Below are positions 37,201-45,634 of a DNA stretch of 59,682 nt, one piece after another; position 1 is the stretch's first letter; every line of letters begins with the position of its first letter. The notes under the pieces are model-generated. The model saw only the letters and a program-made list of their open reading frames with translations, was not told the origin of the DNA and did no database searches. The translations under genes were made by a program, and so were the position numbers. The stretch comes from a virus (lineage: Duplodnaviria > Caudoviricetes), in the IMG/VR virus record IMGVR_UViG_3300043466_003081, positions 1 through 59,682 of that record; one strand, written 5' to 3'.

Positions 37201-37846
37201 TAATGCTGGTGTAGCTGCAGCTGGAGGTATTTTAGACTCTAGCCTAAAGCAAGGTAGTAGTCCTATGAATCCTCTATATGTTCAGGATGCTAACCCTGTT
37301 ATGGGTGCAGGTTCTAGTAGTGCTTCTAATCCAGAAGGTGGTTTCCTTAGTAATTTGTTCTCAGGTATCCAAGGTTTCTTTGGTAAGTTATTTGGAGGTA
37401 TTGGTAATATCTTTGCTAATCTTCTAGGTGGCTTAGGTAGTCTCTTTGGAGGTGGTGGTAGCTTCTTTAGTATGGTTTTTGCTGCTGAAGGGGGAAAAGT
37501 CACTGGCCCTGGAACAGGCACTTCTGATTCTATAATGGCTATGCTTTCTAACGGTGAGTACGTAGTAAATGCTGCTACAACTAAACGTTGGTTGCCTTTC
37601 CTTGAAACGCTAAATGCTAACGATGGCCGTTTACCAGCTTTTGCTAGTGGGGGTCTAGTTGGTCCTAGTAATCCTAGTGCCTTCAAAACTGTACAAGAAA
37701 ATAATAACAATAAGGACAAACAACAAGTGTTCAACATTAATGTTTCAGGTGATGTCTCCATGCAAACTCGTAAAGAGATTGCCCGTATGATTCCGGAGAT
37801 CACTGCTGGGGTCAATATGACTAATCGCGAGAGAGGATCACGATAA
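28226..37846 (+). CDS. tape measure protein (3206 aa)
   Basis: Tape-measure domain AIFQLGQGLSAGALRGQELNSVLEQAP; hydrophobic middle; C-terminal FATGG..GPGTGTSDSIP.MLSNGEYV repeats. Confidence 0.92.
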   Translation: MAIEVDIVANESSIESALKKISTRLKTLEVESRAVSKNISNVGVKSIDSKQISQELKSLRQDLSKTNKELASSVNGLSNGFSNLARNLTLALTGGALTAGFVGVTSKFSELENRIALVTGRTDNLILTQEKLISVSAKTFTSVEGSVETFNRFGLALRDAGVETETLIEVTENVQKAIAISGGSAQSASAAIFQLGQGLSAGALRGQELNSVLEQAPRIATAIADELGVSIGQLRAIAEEGGLSADVVMKALLNQGAAINKEFKNIAPSITKSSVVFLDAVTNYIGQVDKGLGLSKSIAAGTLNLSRTLNEASVDLDLRVAERVKDLNVVQTFKDIQLVAGGIFNVLGAIVGRIGSSFPKVIVPVLTLFDQLSLALFKIPTVEFFAAVTRSLLAVRASFLEIASLGGGVSSAFTKVFQSTSVVELRQNLDDLASAIDNYGKRWFNVFNFATTIVRQTNVFLVETGRYLGILDQKLIEFRFDTFEDFGFLLEFSSKLLVEFTKNFLAMNVIVSLFSGALIFEAYLGRMLEAAKNTFDDITAFATSGLTKVTKIITKFSSKIRKTFYDLYIYLVGGSVWPDTIEGIVKWTNYLLDTALPIINTFSAKIKTEFSKTLKFLRSLFSNSPLANLLDLDFDFKNLNLDFLKDYLSNLFEQIDLSALDDIKSKISDKFKELTNTRFDFSLDIQLNLAQALNSLIIFVQKAEIYLASKLLSGILSVWGELNNSAPVLANLLAAGIVTGLAELFGVKLFAALKTLLLGTLVANVLNKVLQNSGELLIDEGFFENIGQSAGKLVGTIIKAIFDNLPLLLQGLLDVAKGFAHGLLDQLGIVGKSISLLISATPGIGSIIEIALFGAGIAALLGKFKMITTVINAGLTLLLSKSIGGVGSSGILQFLLLGKGRTVIAAVLGVIAVLNLIPGIFNDIGNTVSTFISVGGLVSVLLFGAGGTFKGIVKTFDAIINYIGLMSGLMSVNGKMLNLTGYLWPASGALSLKARIAAWFAWFRFQYYSAIGGGSLATVLGTKLANAVYSFTTWYTMSMGRLRNRSLAIGGPLGTIGSVLFGKIGRAALLAAVVLGLFTTVAMASEDAASSGFGLGFSALEYGMLGVMLFGAMGPRSFRKLVISSVNFVKLQFRALIAGLAIEAAVATALGAGFKAGLVTVGIMLLRFVGTIFAVIFSKIGAVILGVGLLGLMLFGKGDSLSEKWTNFKNSVTDFFTNTTEGGRAARESIEGVLAPLKGSALGDINFSGAFKSLDAVDLSGLNASQIGDMKASLKQSVNRLEELKTVYEQEGKLTRGERREANALLKEINDKIKEAPEIGTATNLNVQGLLSAADKLGVANLPQTGGGLFSSPTSDIAGAADRVVKGTAPISAFIDIEELRGIDPIAAELADKLNFALSQGFSVDPKLMRDVNEMLVDRIRQNTTGTLENVFANANNFVLQQDNQRQEVAAKQLVKDLDTAVMLASNRLSKEEAIATVQELQQGLGFEQLKTDEAQRLSIEGALLLQQKLKDLSDRTVNISGANVPVFGESTSDLFNTPQLIAQRKTAEKEFEILKNIYSSESGVLVDSVNESLNLIGVNLTLSNFDAKRLNKFVEGASRVLEAEAANIAAGSTADSKQALDNAKQAFRLELLEYKATIEDVLGSIDTSMTLEDVFSASQGTQSQIESLGKELLKINEDMATEAYAALPLSMKEGISANRTSIVNQLVALFRQVAIETKKIDYFGEGRDLSSQIQDKFNTFTGNNPTVLPLNIMGPQDTAAALKAIEAIDQAYTNLQTDMSNGIKPDFGQSVSQLSSKLLAAELQFTSFEDRLEYARSLADNPIDFNELIKLPREKLNQLDLLTIKLRALQIRMVVIKTIGAITGSDIFGNLKDVSAQIDATIKQMDALIPEMPDSGGGDAKTWWEDFVEKANSLELNLSDKLLAGLDSTRLDVLVKASEDYKKAQEAITKSTKNEVDLRQKSLAIMRQAREEAAKALRDGTLGGLQAQTSALGQEIDLGILAQLTQSERDFVSSALQRIQAIQEELRVTDESSIKARQLAAELDLLTGSVERLTNFSTEVRSSVQSGLAEFLKGTKSFGEVLDVLLDTFTNKVIESFTTGFTDALFEKFGLDRMFNSMFNNIFNLGGNLVDKKLGSTPRAALWVRVADAGVFPGKTSLPRFFATGGYVSGPGTGTSDSIPSMLSNGEYVINAQATRKFGPVLEAINSGTYGAFATGGPVGSLGGVPLNDTMSNEGIAELFRYASGFNDPLKIGGWLASMATLSGADLPTTQAMQYLFGATDFSGIFGSMISGEAHPAVYGVLGASVASLVSTAISSAMTSKIPYIGQALSTVFLANDAAKVGQGYSAGARQLGHYNDIPNWLNSMLYGFETSGVTDVITTFKNFAGGGLLANFAKDKFYESISAFVTGRQAPRKEKEALDSQYKNFLSRLQSTPNDPTKVSELFDTIWTKKQFVKKAVESSSDPMNNALLIDRNYQNLKELASNYQDNAYDVVNNKIKDNFNISAKYPLNSKNISDYAPLYNMQPMYMPGVGSSRPTVQSFELLPDDTLDSRLAISAHEFGHAYDAIDTLEKSKSYKAIVQRELEEAQKIFANSAFLKATETERISTGLTSALMMKPGLSAEFMANKNAYEQFDWGNFDKLPGFQEAIALSFRSYVIGESFKRQNSKEAAAISLIKSKTNSTLEDSVKTMNDPSLFSGFLSGNAVWLKSWLNSGEALNLDNTNSIKSWEKVLDLADDGVFNNSGFNPKDIPSYTGIASFDKVISKFALASNIDAAVSKLERDKFNKVIERAGSISDYDVVKGFATGGYISGAGTGTSDSIPAMLSNGEYVINAKATKKFGPILSAINSGDYQGFAAGSPGMVSGTLKVDAVKATNILQKILDFIIPKLTASVDATLELSDTMKEEISNLTKTDQKTLSDRAASGVKDIRDSFVQNISSALTGSMSISDSIGGIMDTITSKVVNNFVSGMVDQVFNNLNLGETFGKLLLGQGNAGVAAAGGILDSSLKQGSSPMNPLYVQDANPVMGAGSSSASNPEGGFLSNLFSGIQGFFGKLFGGIGNIFANLLGGLGSLFGGGGSFFSMVFAAEGGKVTGPGTGTSDSIMAMLSNGEYVVNAATTKRWLPFLETLNANDGRLPAFASGGLVGPSNPSAFKTVQENNNNKDKQQVFNINVSGDVSMQTRKEIARMIPEITAGVNMTNRERGSR

Positions 37847-38451
37847 TGACAGTTTATTATTTCGAGGGGAGCCCAATTGTGGCTCCTCTTACTATTGAGT
37901 CTAATGAACCTGTATTTGCTGCAGATACAGTTTCTCTAAAACAACAAAGGGCATCGCAAGGTGCCCAGCGTTGGGAACTAAGCTTTCAAATTCAAACTAA
38001 AGATATCGAAGAAGACTATTTTGTTGGAATGGTAACAGGTATCAAAGATGCTAAAACTATGGTTATGCCTCAGCTGCTTTCAGTTGATAAAAAAGTAACT
38101 GTAACTACTAATGGTTCAGCTAGTGCTACTTCTGCAGGAGCTAGCTCTGTGTTAATTAATTTTTCAATAGCAGGAAGGCTACTTCCTAAAGGTTCTTTTA
38201 TTAACTTCTCTAACCATAGCAAAATTTACATGGTTACTGCAAATGTAGCTACACAAACAACCCCTGTTGCTGTTACTATTTATCCTGAGCTAAAACAAAC
38301 TCTCCCTTCTTCAACTACTGTGTATCATCCAGGTTCTTCTACAAAACCTGTTTTACAGTACTATCGAGATTTAGAAACATTACAAGGTATCACTTATGAA
38401 GATGGTGTGCTTGTAAATCCTGGAACTATTAAGTTATTAGAGGCATTGTAA
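37846..38451 (+). CDS. distal tail protein
   Basis: Directly after the TMP; AQRWELSF and IYMVT...IYPEL segments. Confidence 0.65.
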   Translation: MTVYYFEGSPIVAPLTIESNEPVFAADTVSLKQQRASQGAQRWELSFQIQTKDIEEDYFVGMVTGIKDAKTMVMPQLLSVDKKVTVTTNGSASATSAGASSVLINFSIAGRLLPKGSFINFSNHSKIYMVTANVATQTTPVAVTIYPELKQTLPSSTTVYHPGSSTKPVLQYYRDLETLQGITYEDGVLVNPGTIKLLEAL

Positions 38452-38452
38452 T

Positions 38453-39019
38453 ATGAGAACACTAAGCGCAGCAGCATTAGCTGCAATAAATTTGCCTAAT
38501 CCTAAATTTACATTATTTGCAAAGATTGTACTAAACAGCACTACACTCTTAGTAACTAGTAATCCTTTCAACCACGATTTTAATGAAGAAACTTATTTAA
38601 GCGATAATGCTTTAGTTAGCTTTGGACCTCCAAGAATTTCTAGTTCTGTTGATCGTGAAGTATATGAATTAGTTTTTTTGGATCACGACAATTTAATTCA
38701 GCAAGCGTTAAGAGCCGGTATTACTGGTAAAAAAGTTACTGTTTATGCTGCTTTTTACAATAGCTCAAATGTCTTACTTAATTCAGTAAATGATGTTTTA
38801 GTCGCTTATGAAGGTTTAATTGATAGCGGTAAAGTAGTTAATGACGGTTCAGTTAAGCAAGCTATCATATCAGTAGCTTCGCCAATGGCTACTTTGGATT
38901 CTATTGGTGGCTACATCGTATCAAGAGATGGTATGGATCAAATTAGCTCTACAGATACTTCTTTTGATGAAGTTTATGTCGGTGGCGAAACAGTTAATCT
39001 TAAGTGGGGAAAAGACTAA
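38453..39019 (+). CDS. tail tip / hub-associated protein (DUF2163-like)
   Basis: Position; YEGLIDS segment and C-terminal D.SFDEV....LKWG. Confidence 0.65.
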   Translation: MRTLSAAALAAINLPNPKFTLFAKIVLNSTTLLVTSNPFNHDFNEETYLSDNALVSFGPPRISSSVDREVYELVFLDHDNLIQQALRAGITGKKVTVYAAFYNSSNVLLNSVNDVLVAYEGLIDSGKVVNDGSVKQAIISVASPMATLDSIGGYIVSRDGMDQISSTDTSFDEVYVGGETVNLKWGKD

Positions 39020-41442
39020 TGGCAATTTTCACAGCATTTTTTACTGCAGTAGGACTTACAGGAGCTGCTTTATCTACCGCTGTTTCTTTATCTTTGACAG
39101 TAGCTTCAATAGCATATCAGCAATCTCGTATGAGAAAGCTTAGAAATGAGTTAGACAAACGAAAACAAGTTAACGTAGCTGTAGATGGTGAGCCTTTTTA
39201 TTTACCAATTGTTTATGGTAAAGCTAAAGTTTCAGGTGGTAAAGTTTATCATAAACTCAAAGATAGGTATACTCATCCAACCTCTGTTAATGCTAATCAA
39301 AATTTTTCAAGAGGATTATCTTCTACCCAAACAGGTTCTCAAAATGAATATCTTTTTGTTCAACAAGCTATTTGTTATGGCGGCATTAATAACGTAGTTG
39401 ATATTACTGTTGATGATAAAAATTGGGATGAAGAAACTTTAAGGTATGGTCAAAGGATTCATGTGTTTAAGGACGGTGGCGTAGCTGACACTATGGCAAC
39501 AGCTAACTCAATTCCTTCAACTAACCGTTTTACTAATACTGCTTACGCTTCTATGGTTTTTAAGTTAAACAGAGAAGAATATAACTACAATGGATCGCCT
39601 AATGTGTCTTTCTTTGTTGAAGGACAAAAAGTTTATGATATTAACTTTGTCAGTGGAGAATATTCTATTTCTGCTACTAAAAGTTTTACAGAAAATCCTG
39701 CTAGAATTCTTTTAGACTATTTGACAAACAACGTTTATGGAAAAGGGTTATCTATTTCGTCTATTGATTTAGCCTCTTTTTACAAAGCAAAAGTTATTTG
39801 TGATAGAGTAGTTTCTACTAACGTTATACAAGATGGGCGTATTAACGGACGTAGACCTGATATTGAAAATGAAGATGGTACTATTACAACTCAACCCCAG
39901 TTACCTAATACTTCTATAAAACTATATGAATGTAATGTTGTTCTTGACTCAGAAAGACCTTTACGAGAAAATATTGAGATTATATTAGAGTCTATGGAAG
40001 AAGCAGAGTTAATTTGGTCAGGTGGTAAATATAAGTTAATGATTGACGCACCTATTAATTTAGATGAGCAAGATGCATTAGTCGTAGCTAGTTTTACAGA
40101 GGAAGACATTATCCGCGGAGGGATGGAGTTAGAGTTCCCTGATTCTTCTACACGTTATAACCAATGCGTAGCTCGCTTTATGAGTGAATTTGAAAACTTT
40201 GTAGATGATACGGTTACTTGGCCAACTAGTTACTCTGATCCTTATAATCAATATTTACTTGACGATAGTGGAATTCTTTTAAAAACTGAAATTTACTTAC
40301 CTTGTACTTCTGACCCTTATCATGCCTTGGCTAAAGCAGAACAAATCGTTAGAACTTCTAGAAGAGAAATGAGGGCTAAGTTTACAGCTTCTAAAAAGGG
40401 TTTACTATTAGAACCAGGTGATATTATTAAAGTTACAGACAGTACTAGTAATTTGCTTAACGAAACTATGAAAGTTGATTCTGTTAAAACTAATGCAGAT
40501 TTGACTGTAAATATTGAAGCTAGACAATATAGCTTTGAAAATTTTGCTTGGAATGTTCCAGATAATATTCCTTATGCTTCTACAAAAACAGACTATTACT
40601 ACCCTATTGTAAGACCTACAAATGTTTTATTTACTCCAGACAACCCTAATGGTGTTTTTGGAGTTAGCTCAGGAAAAATAACTTGGACTTATCCTAACAC
40701 TGTTTCTGTAAGTGGATTTTTAGTAGAAATTTCATCAAACAACGGAGTTACTTGGCAAACTTTATCAACTACCTTAACTAACAACTATGATGTAGTTGGA
40801 CTAAATAATGGGGTTTACAAATTTTCTGTTCGTTCCTTTAATAACTTAAATAAGTATTCAGAAAGAGTTTTAGCTAAAGATGCTGCAACTCAGCTGCTAG
40901 AGTCTTTCACAATTCAAAGAGCTACTAGCGACCAAGTTGCTATTATTTATGGAAGTACAAGTAATAGTTTGACTAATACTCAAAGTTATGATGTAGGTTC
41001 AAATCAGTATGTAGCTTACTACGTTTATTCTGGAGATTTACCTGAGTTGCCTATTCGTTCTAATATTTCATTTTCTAAGTTTATAGCGGATGATACTGTT
41101 ACTGTTAGAATTGAGGTTAGAACTAAACCTGCAGGAGTTTCTTGGGATTCTGCTTTAGAACCTCAAACTACTGACCCTTCAACTTGGCTTTTTTCTAACT
41201 CTGGAACAGTATTTCGAAATGATACTGGAGAAACAAAAGCTTTAGTTGCATTTGTTTACCAAGGCGATGAACTCTTACCTTTAAACACTCATTATAATCA
41301 AATTCAGTATTCTTGGCTTCAAGGAGAAAATCTTTATGTATCTAATATACCTGGATCAAATAGGTTCAGCCGCTGGGTACCTGTCTCTGCCTCTGAAGTT
41401 GTAGCTGACTCACAGTACATTTGTGACGTAACAATACTATAA
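39019..41442 (+). CDS. tail tip / central fibre protein (gpJ-like) with FN3 domain
   Basis: LPIVYGKAKV, ENPARILLDYLTN..YGKG, YECNVVLD, LEPGDIIKV, FN3-like GLNNGVYKFSVRSFN. Confidence 0.85.
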   Translation: MAIFTAFFTAVGLTGAALSTAVSLSLTVASIAYQQSRMRKLRNELDKRKQVNVAVDGEPFYLPIVYGKAKVSGGKVYHKLKDRYTHPTSVNANQNFSRGLSSTQTGSQNEYLFVQQAICYGGINNVVDITVDDKNWDEETLRYGQRIHVFKDGGVADTMATANSIPSTNRFTNTAYASMVFKLNREEYNYNGSPNVSFFVEGQKVYDINFVSGEYSISATKSFTENPARILLDYLTNNVYGKGLSISSIDLASFYKAKVICDRVVSTNVIQDGRINGRRPDIENEDGTITTQPQLPNTSIKLYECNVVLDSERPLRENIEIILESMEEAELIWSGGKYKLMIDAPINLDEQDALVVASFTEEDIIRGGMELEFPDSSTRYNQCVARFMSEFENFVDDTVTWPTSYSDPYNQYLLDDSGILLKTEIYLPCTSDPYHALAKAEQIVRTSRREMRAKFTASKKGLLLEPGDIIKVTDSTSNLLNETMKVDSVKTNADLTVNIEARQYSFENFAWNVPDNIPYASTKTDYYYPIVRPTNVLFTPDNPNGVFGVSSGKITWTYPNTVSVSGFLVEISSNNGVTWQTLSTTLTNNYDVVGLNNGVYKFSVRSFNNLNKYSERVLAKDAATQLLESFTIQRATSDQVAIIYGSTSNSLTNTQSYDVGSNQYVAYYVYSGDLPELPIRSNISFSKFIADDTVTVRIEVRTKPAGVSWDSALEPQTTDPSTWLFSNSGTVFRNDTGETKALVAFVYQGDELLPLNTHYNQIQYSWLQGENLYVSNIPGSNRFSRWVPVSASEVVADSQYICDVTIL

Positions 41443-41457
41443 AAGAAGGAAAACAAA

Positions 41458-42534
41458 ATGCCTACAGCACGTGGTGTGGTAACTATTACAGATATTACTG
41501 ATGGTTTACCCACAATCTCTATTATTCAATCAAACGAAAACCATACTTTTCCTGCTACTTCTGCAGGGGTAGTTTCTGCTACAGACAGAAATAACTTTAC
41601 AAACGATATACTAGTTCTTGTAGGAGCAGACCAAGCAGCTTACGTAACTATTACTCCTACTGCTAACAACACTTACACTGTAGGTACTCCTACAGTTACT
41701 CCTGCAGCAGGGGTTACTCCTGTTTTTACTAGTGCTAGCGTAACTGAAATCGATGGAGCTGGTGCTATAAATATTGCTAGAATGACTATCTCAGCAATGA
41801 ATGATACTACTACTGTTCAGTCTGTTAGAGTCTCTGTCCCTGTTATTGTCAGAAGACTAAATCAAAACGTAACTATTAACGTAGAAGTAACTTTTTCTAA
41901 AGCAGTAGGTGGTTCTGCTTCTAGTTTAACTATTAACGGTACTAGACAAAACTTCTTGTTTAATGATTACACCTCTTCTGCTCCTATTGCAGATAACACT
42001 ATTAACGGAGATATTACACTTACTGCCGCGTATGACGGACCAGCTTCAGGTAATATTAGCTGGTTCCAGTCCACTAACGGTGGAGCTGAATCAGCGTTAA
42101 CCCCTACAGTTGCAGGAGCAACTACTAGTACACACACAGTGACAAGAGCAGCTTTTGGGAATGCTAGCTACATTACTTACAGAGTAGCTAAAGGCGGCGT
42201 AGTAGACCGTATGTCAGTTGTTCGTATTGATAGAGGTGAAGCTAGTTACATTGTAGTTCCTAGAGTAACTTCTGGCTCTCTTCAACTTAAAAACAATAGT
42301 GGCTCAGTTACAGTTACTGTAGACTTATTTCAAGGAAGTGCAGAAGTATCTGATTACACTGGTTGGACTTTTCAATGGTTTAACGGAGCAACTGCTATTG
42401 CTGGTCCAACTACTACTCCACCAGCAGGGGTTACAGAAGTAGATCCTACAGTGTGTAGGACTGTAACTATTGATGCTAGCTATGTGCCTGATAACGGTTC
42501 TATTACATTAAACGTTGTAGCTACTAAGCCATAA
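41458..42534 (+). CDS. tail tip / fibre accessory protein (Ig-like)
   Basis: MPTARG.VTITDITDG start; beta-rich. Confidence 0.65.
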   Translation: MPTARGVVTITDITDGLPTISIIQSNENHTFPATSAGVVSATDRNNFTNDILVLVGADQAAYVTITPTANNTYTVGTPTVTPAAGVTPVFTSASVTEIDGAGAINIARMTISAMNDTTTVQSVRVSVPVIVRRLNQNVTINVEVTFSKAVGGSASSLTINGTRQNFLFNDYTSSAPIADNTINGDITLTAAYDGPASGNISWFQSTNGGAESALTPTVAGATTSTHTVTRAAFGNASYITYRVAKGGVVDRMSVVRIDRGEASYIVVPRVTSGSLQLKNNSGSVTVTVDLFQGSAEVSDYTGWTFQWFNGATAIAGPTTTPPAGVTEVDPTVCRTVTIDASYVPDNGSITLNVVATKP

Positions 42535-42552
42535 TAGCGAAAGGACAATATC

Positions 42553-44295
42553 ATGCCTACAGCTAGAGGTACAGTTGTTATAACTGACGTAAGAGACGGA
42601 ATTAACAGCAGACCATTAACTCTTTATAATAAAAACACTTCAACTACTGCACCAGCAAGCTTTTCAGGAACCGCTACTTACACTTTTAGTACAAACTCGC
42701 TTACAGGTTTAACACTTAATGGATGGACTAGAGATGCACCTACTATTACAAATGGAGAAAATCTCTGGTTAAGACAAGCAACCGCTACTAGTACCTCTGA
42801 CACAGCTAGCATTCCTCTTGAAAGCTGGTCTGCTGCTGCAATTGTCGGAGCAGGTGGCGTAATCGGAAGATCTGTTTATACTGCAATTGTGTTTCGACGT
42901 TCTGCAACAGCACCTGCAGCACCTACTACTGGTTCTTTTGATTTTGGAACTAACACGCTTACAGCTCCTGCTGGTTGGTTTTTAGACGTCCCTACTGGCA
43001 CAGATCCTGTATATGGTACTCGTTTTGTATTTTCTGTAATTGGAAACACTGGTGTTCAAAATGCTAGTACTTGGTCAACACCTTTTAAAATTGCAGAAAA
43101 TGGTATCCAAGGTGTAGATGGCTCACCTGGAGCTGATGGTACAAGCACTTACCAGTTAAGTGTTTTTAGACGCTCTGCTACAGCTCCTTCTACACCTACG
43201 GGTGGATCTTATAACTTTGGAACACAAGTTGTAACTGCTCCTTCTGGCTGGAGTGTTTCTGTACCTTCAGGAACAGATCCTATTTATGTTTCTAATACTT
43301 TAGCTTCAATTCAAGGTGTAACGGGTATCGACTCTACCTTAACTTGGTCAGCTCCGGTAATTTTAGCTCAAAATGGAGATAACGGTTTACCTGGTGAATC
43401 TGCTTGGCCAGCTACAGGTAATGCTGTTTCGGGCTACAATGACTTACAGTCTAACGCTTCAGTGCTAGACACTAACGTAGAGTACAGATTAGTTTCCTCA
43501 GGGGTTACCTCTACTACTAACCTAGCAGTTACTACCATATTACATCTTGGTTATGCAAATGCTAACGATATCGTTCAAAAAAAATTAGATACAGTTACTG
43601 TTGGAGACTATGTTACTGCAACTGTTACCTATGGAGCAACAACAGTTAAATTTGCCTACATTATTACAAGTGTAGCTAAACGTTCAAACTTTACTTTTAA
43701 TGCTATTGCTGCTCAATATTTTTATGAGTTTGGTGTTCTTTTAGTTAAGTCTAACGCTGCAAGTTCAGCTATTGATCTTGCAACTGGGGGAAGTGCTGCT
43801 ACTTTTGATTTTTCTAGAGCAGTTGGAACAAGAGGAGCTGGTTGGTGGCGCTATAACGCTGGAGCTTCAGATCTATCGGGAGTAGACACAACTGCAGAAG
43901 TAAACGTATTTTGGGCAGCTCTTCATAGCCCAGATATTGACCCTGTAAAAGATGACCGTTTCGTTATTGCTACAACGCATGTTAGTGGCACTAAAGCTTT
44001 TGTTTATAACGGTACGGATTGGGTAACACAAACAGCTTTTATAGATGGAAATCTTCTTGTAGCAGGTACTGTAACGGCTGCTGCTATGTCAGCTAATTCA
44101 ATTTCTACTGATTCTTTACAAGCAGATGCTGTAACCGCAGAAAAAATTGACGTAACACAATTGTCTGCTATTTCAGCAACTATTGGAACTTTAAGAACAT
44201 CAACCTCAGGCGCTAGAATGGAAATTTATTCTGATAAAATTCTTGTTTATGATGCTAACGGAAATATTAGAGTTAAGATGGGCAATCTATTATAA
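42553..44295 (+). CDS. tail fibre protein with gpJ-like C-terminus
   Basis: FRRSATAP..PT.GS repeats, collagen triplets, C-term FIDGNLLVAGTVTA...LSAISATIG...VYDANGNIRVKMGNL. Confidence 0.75.
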   Translation: MPTARGTVVITDVRDGINSRPLTLYNKNTSTTAPASFSGTATYTFSTNSLTGLTLNGWTRDAPTITNGENLWLRQATATSTSDTASIPLESWSAAAIVGAGGVIGRSVYTAIVFRRSATAPAAPTTGSFDFGTNTLTAPAGWFLDVPTGTDPVYGTRFVFSVIGNTGVQNASTWSTPFKIAENGIQGVDGSPGADGTSTYQLSVFRRSATAPSTPTGGSYNFGTQVVTAPSGWSVSVPSGTDPIYVSNTLASIQGVTGIDSTLTWSAPVILAQNGDNGLPGESAWPATGNAVSGYNDLQSNASVLDTNVEYRLVSSGVTSTTNLAVTTILHLGYANANDIVQKKLDTVTVGDYVTATVTYGATTVKFAYIITSVAKRSNFTFNAIAAQYFYEFGVLLVKSNAASSAIDLATGGSAATFDFSRAVGTRGAGWWRYNAGASDLSGVDTTAEVNVFWAALHSPDIDPVKDDRFVIATTHVSGTKAFVYNGTDWVTQTAFIDGNLLVAGTVTAAAMSANSISTDSLQADAVTAEKIDVTQLSAISATIGTLRTSTSGARMEIYSDKILVYDANGNIRVKMGNLL

Positions 44296-44306
44296 GAGGA
44301 TATATT

Positions 44307-44525
44307 ATGCCAATTAAAATTATTGAAAATACAACTAAAATTAATTGTGAAATTTGCAATTATGAAGTAATTACTGAAAAGAATGATGGAGTAGTACCTT
44401 CTGATTGGATGACTGGTCAACTTTGGCTAGATAAGTCCTTATCAGAACAACATCAGAGACCTTTGTGTTTTTGTCCAACCTGTAAAGGCTATCTACCTCA
44501 TAACTTAACTTTTGGTTTACTATAA
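44307..44525 (+). CDS. small Zn-finger-like protein
   Basis: CEIC...FCPTC. Confidence 0.55.
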   Translation: MPIKIIENTTKINCEICNYEVITEKNDGVVPSDWMTGQLWLDKSLSEQHQRPLCFCPTCKGYLPHNLTFGLL

Positions 44526-44528
44526 AAA

Positions 44529-44834
44529 ATGAGTTATGGAATCGTTATACCTAGCATTACTAGCTCAACCGCTACTCCTGCTGACTTTAGATCCGCAAGA
44601 CTAGTTAGTCTTGTAGAAGTTAGAACGCATAATGGTAGTGCTAGTGTTCCGAATTTTGATTCAACAAAAGGATTTTTTTACGCAAAAACAAATGTGTTTG
44701 CTTTAGCAGTACAAAAACTAGTTTGGAACAATACAACAAAAATTATTACTTGGTCAGTAGGAGGAGCAGGTACGGTTACGGATACTACTTGGTCAAGAAA
44801 CTTTGATATATTGTTCTTTGAAAGCGAGGTTTAA
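44529..44834 (+). CDS. tail tip accessory protein
   Basis: MSYGI start, position after the fibre gene. Confidence 0.55.
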   Translation: MSYGIVIPSITSSTATPADFRSARLVSLVEVRTHNGSASVPNFDSTKGFFYAKTNVFALAVQKLVWNNTTKIITWSVGGAGTVTDTTWSRNFDILFFESEV

Positions 44835-45613
44835 TGTCATACGGTTTTGAAGCATATGATGCTCTTAATAAAAAAATTGTAGATTCTAACTTACCAGTTT
44901 TTGCTCTTGAAAGGATAATTACCTCAACAGGAGTTGGTAAATTTTTTACTTATTCTGATCAATCAGGTTACTTTCCTTGGGATCCAGCGAATCCTTTAAG
45001 ATTAGCTTATCTCTCTGCTGAATTTACTGCATTTCCACTTGCAAGTTTTGGATCTCCCCCAGGTGCTTACTGGCATGACTTAGCTTCTTTTTTTACTAAT
45101 GACCCTTCAGCACAGTCAGCTATTTTAGCTTTTTCTATTCCTGTTAACGGTTTTGCGTTTTATTATTCTTCTGAAAAAAGAGTCTTTACTAGTAGAACCC
45201 AACCTACTTTGCAAATTGCTGTTTTAAAACCTGTAAGTTCTTTAGGAATTGGAACTAGTAATTATGGCGCGGCTGTATATAACGCTTCAGGACAATTGAC
45301 TTGGTCTACAAATTGGTCTGCTATTCGAATTCAAAAACCTATAGGCAATGTAACTATTGAGCAGTCTAGCTGGTTTGCATTAAGTGGTAATCGAATCAGA
45401 AGAATAAACTCGCAATACAATGGAACTACTAAAAGAGGATACTCTGGAGTTGTAGGAGTGCTAAGAACAGGTCTTACAACTATCCAAACAAAATATCAGC
45501 CTTTGTTTTCCTCAGCTGGTGGACAAAGTACAACACTTTTTAACAATTGGGATAACTTTGCCGCAGATGGCCAAGATACTAAAGGTTTTGTACTTTACGA
45601 TATTGCTATATAA
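44834..45613 (+). CDS. tail tip accessory / receptor-binding protein
   Basis: MSYGFEAYDA and YGAAVYNASGQLTWS motifs typical of siphovirus tip proteins following gpJ. Confidence 0.6.
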   Translation: MSYGFEAYDALNKKIVDSNLPVFALERIITSTGVGKFFTYSDQSGYFPWDPANPLRLAYLSAEFTAFPLASFGSPPGAYWHDLASFFTNDPSAQSAILAFSIPVNGFAFYYSSEKRVFTSRTQPTLQIAVLKPVSSLGIGTSNYGAAVYNASGQLTWSTNWSAIRIQKPIGNVTIEQSSWFALSGNRIRRINSQYNGTTKRGYSGVVGVLRTGLTTIQTKYQPLFSSAGGQSTTLFNNWDNFAADGQDTKGFVLYDIAI

Positions 45614-45634
45614 CTTTTGTAATAAGGAAACATA

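Noticed and set aside
29335-37815. Antisense ORFs within the tape measure gene (e.g. 31309..31914, 37282..37815)
   Set aside because: Shadow ORFs of a long coding strand, with no RBS or recognisable motifs
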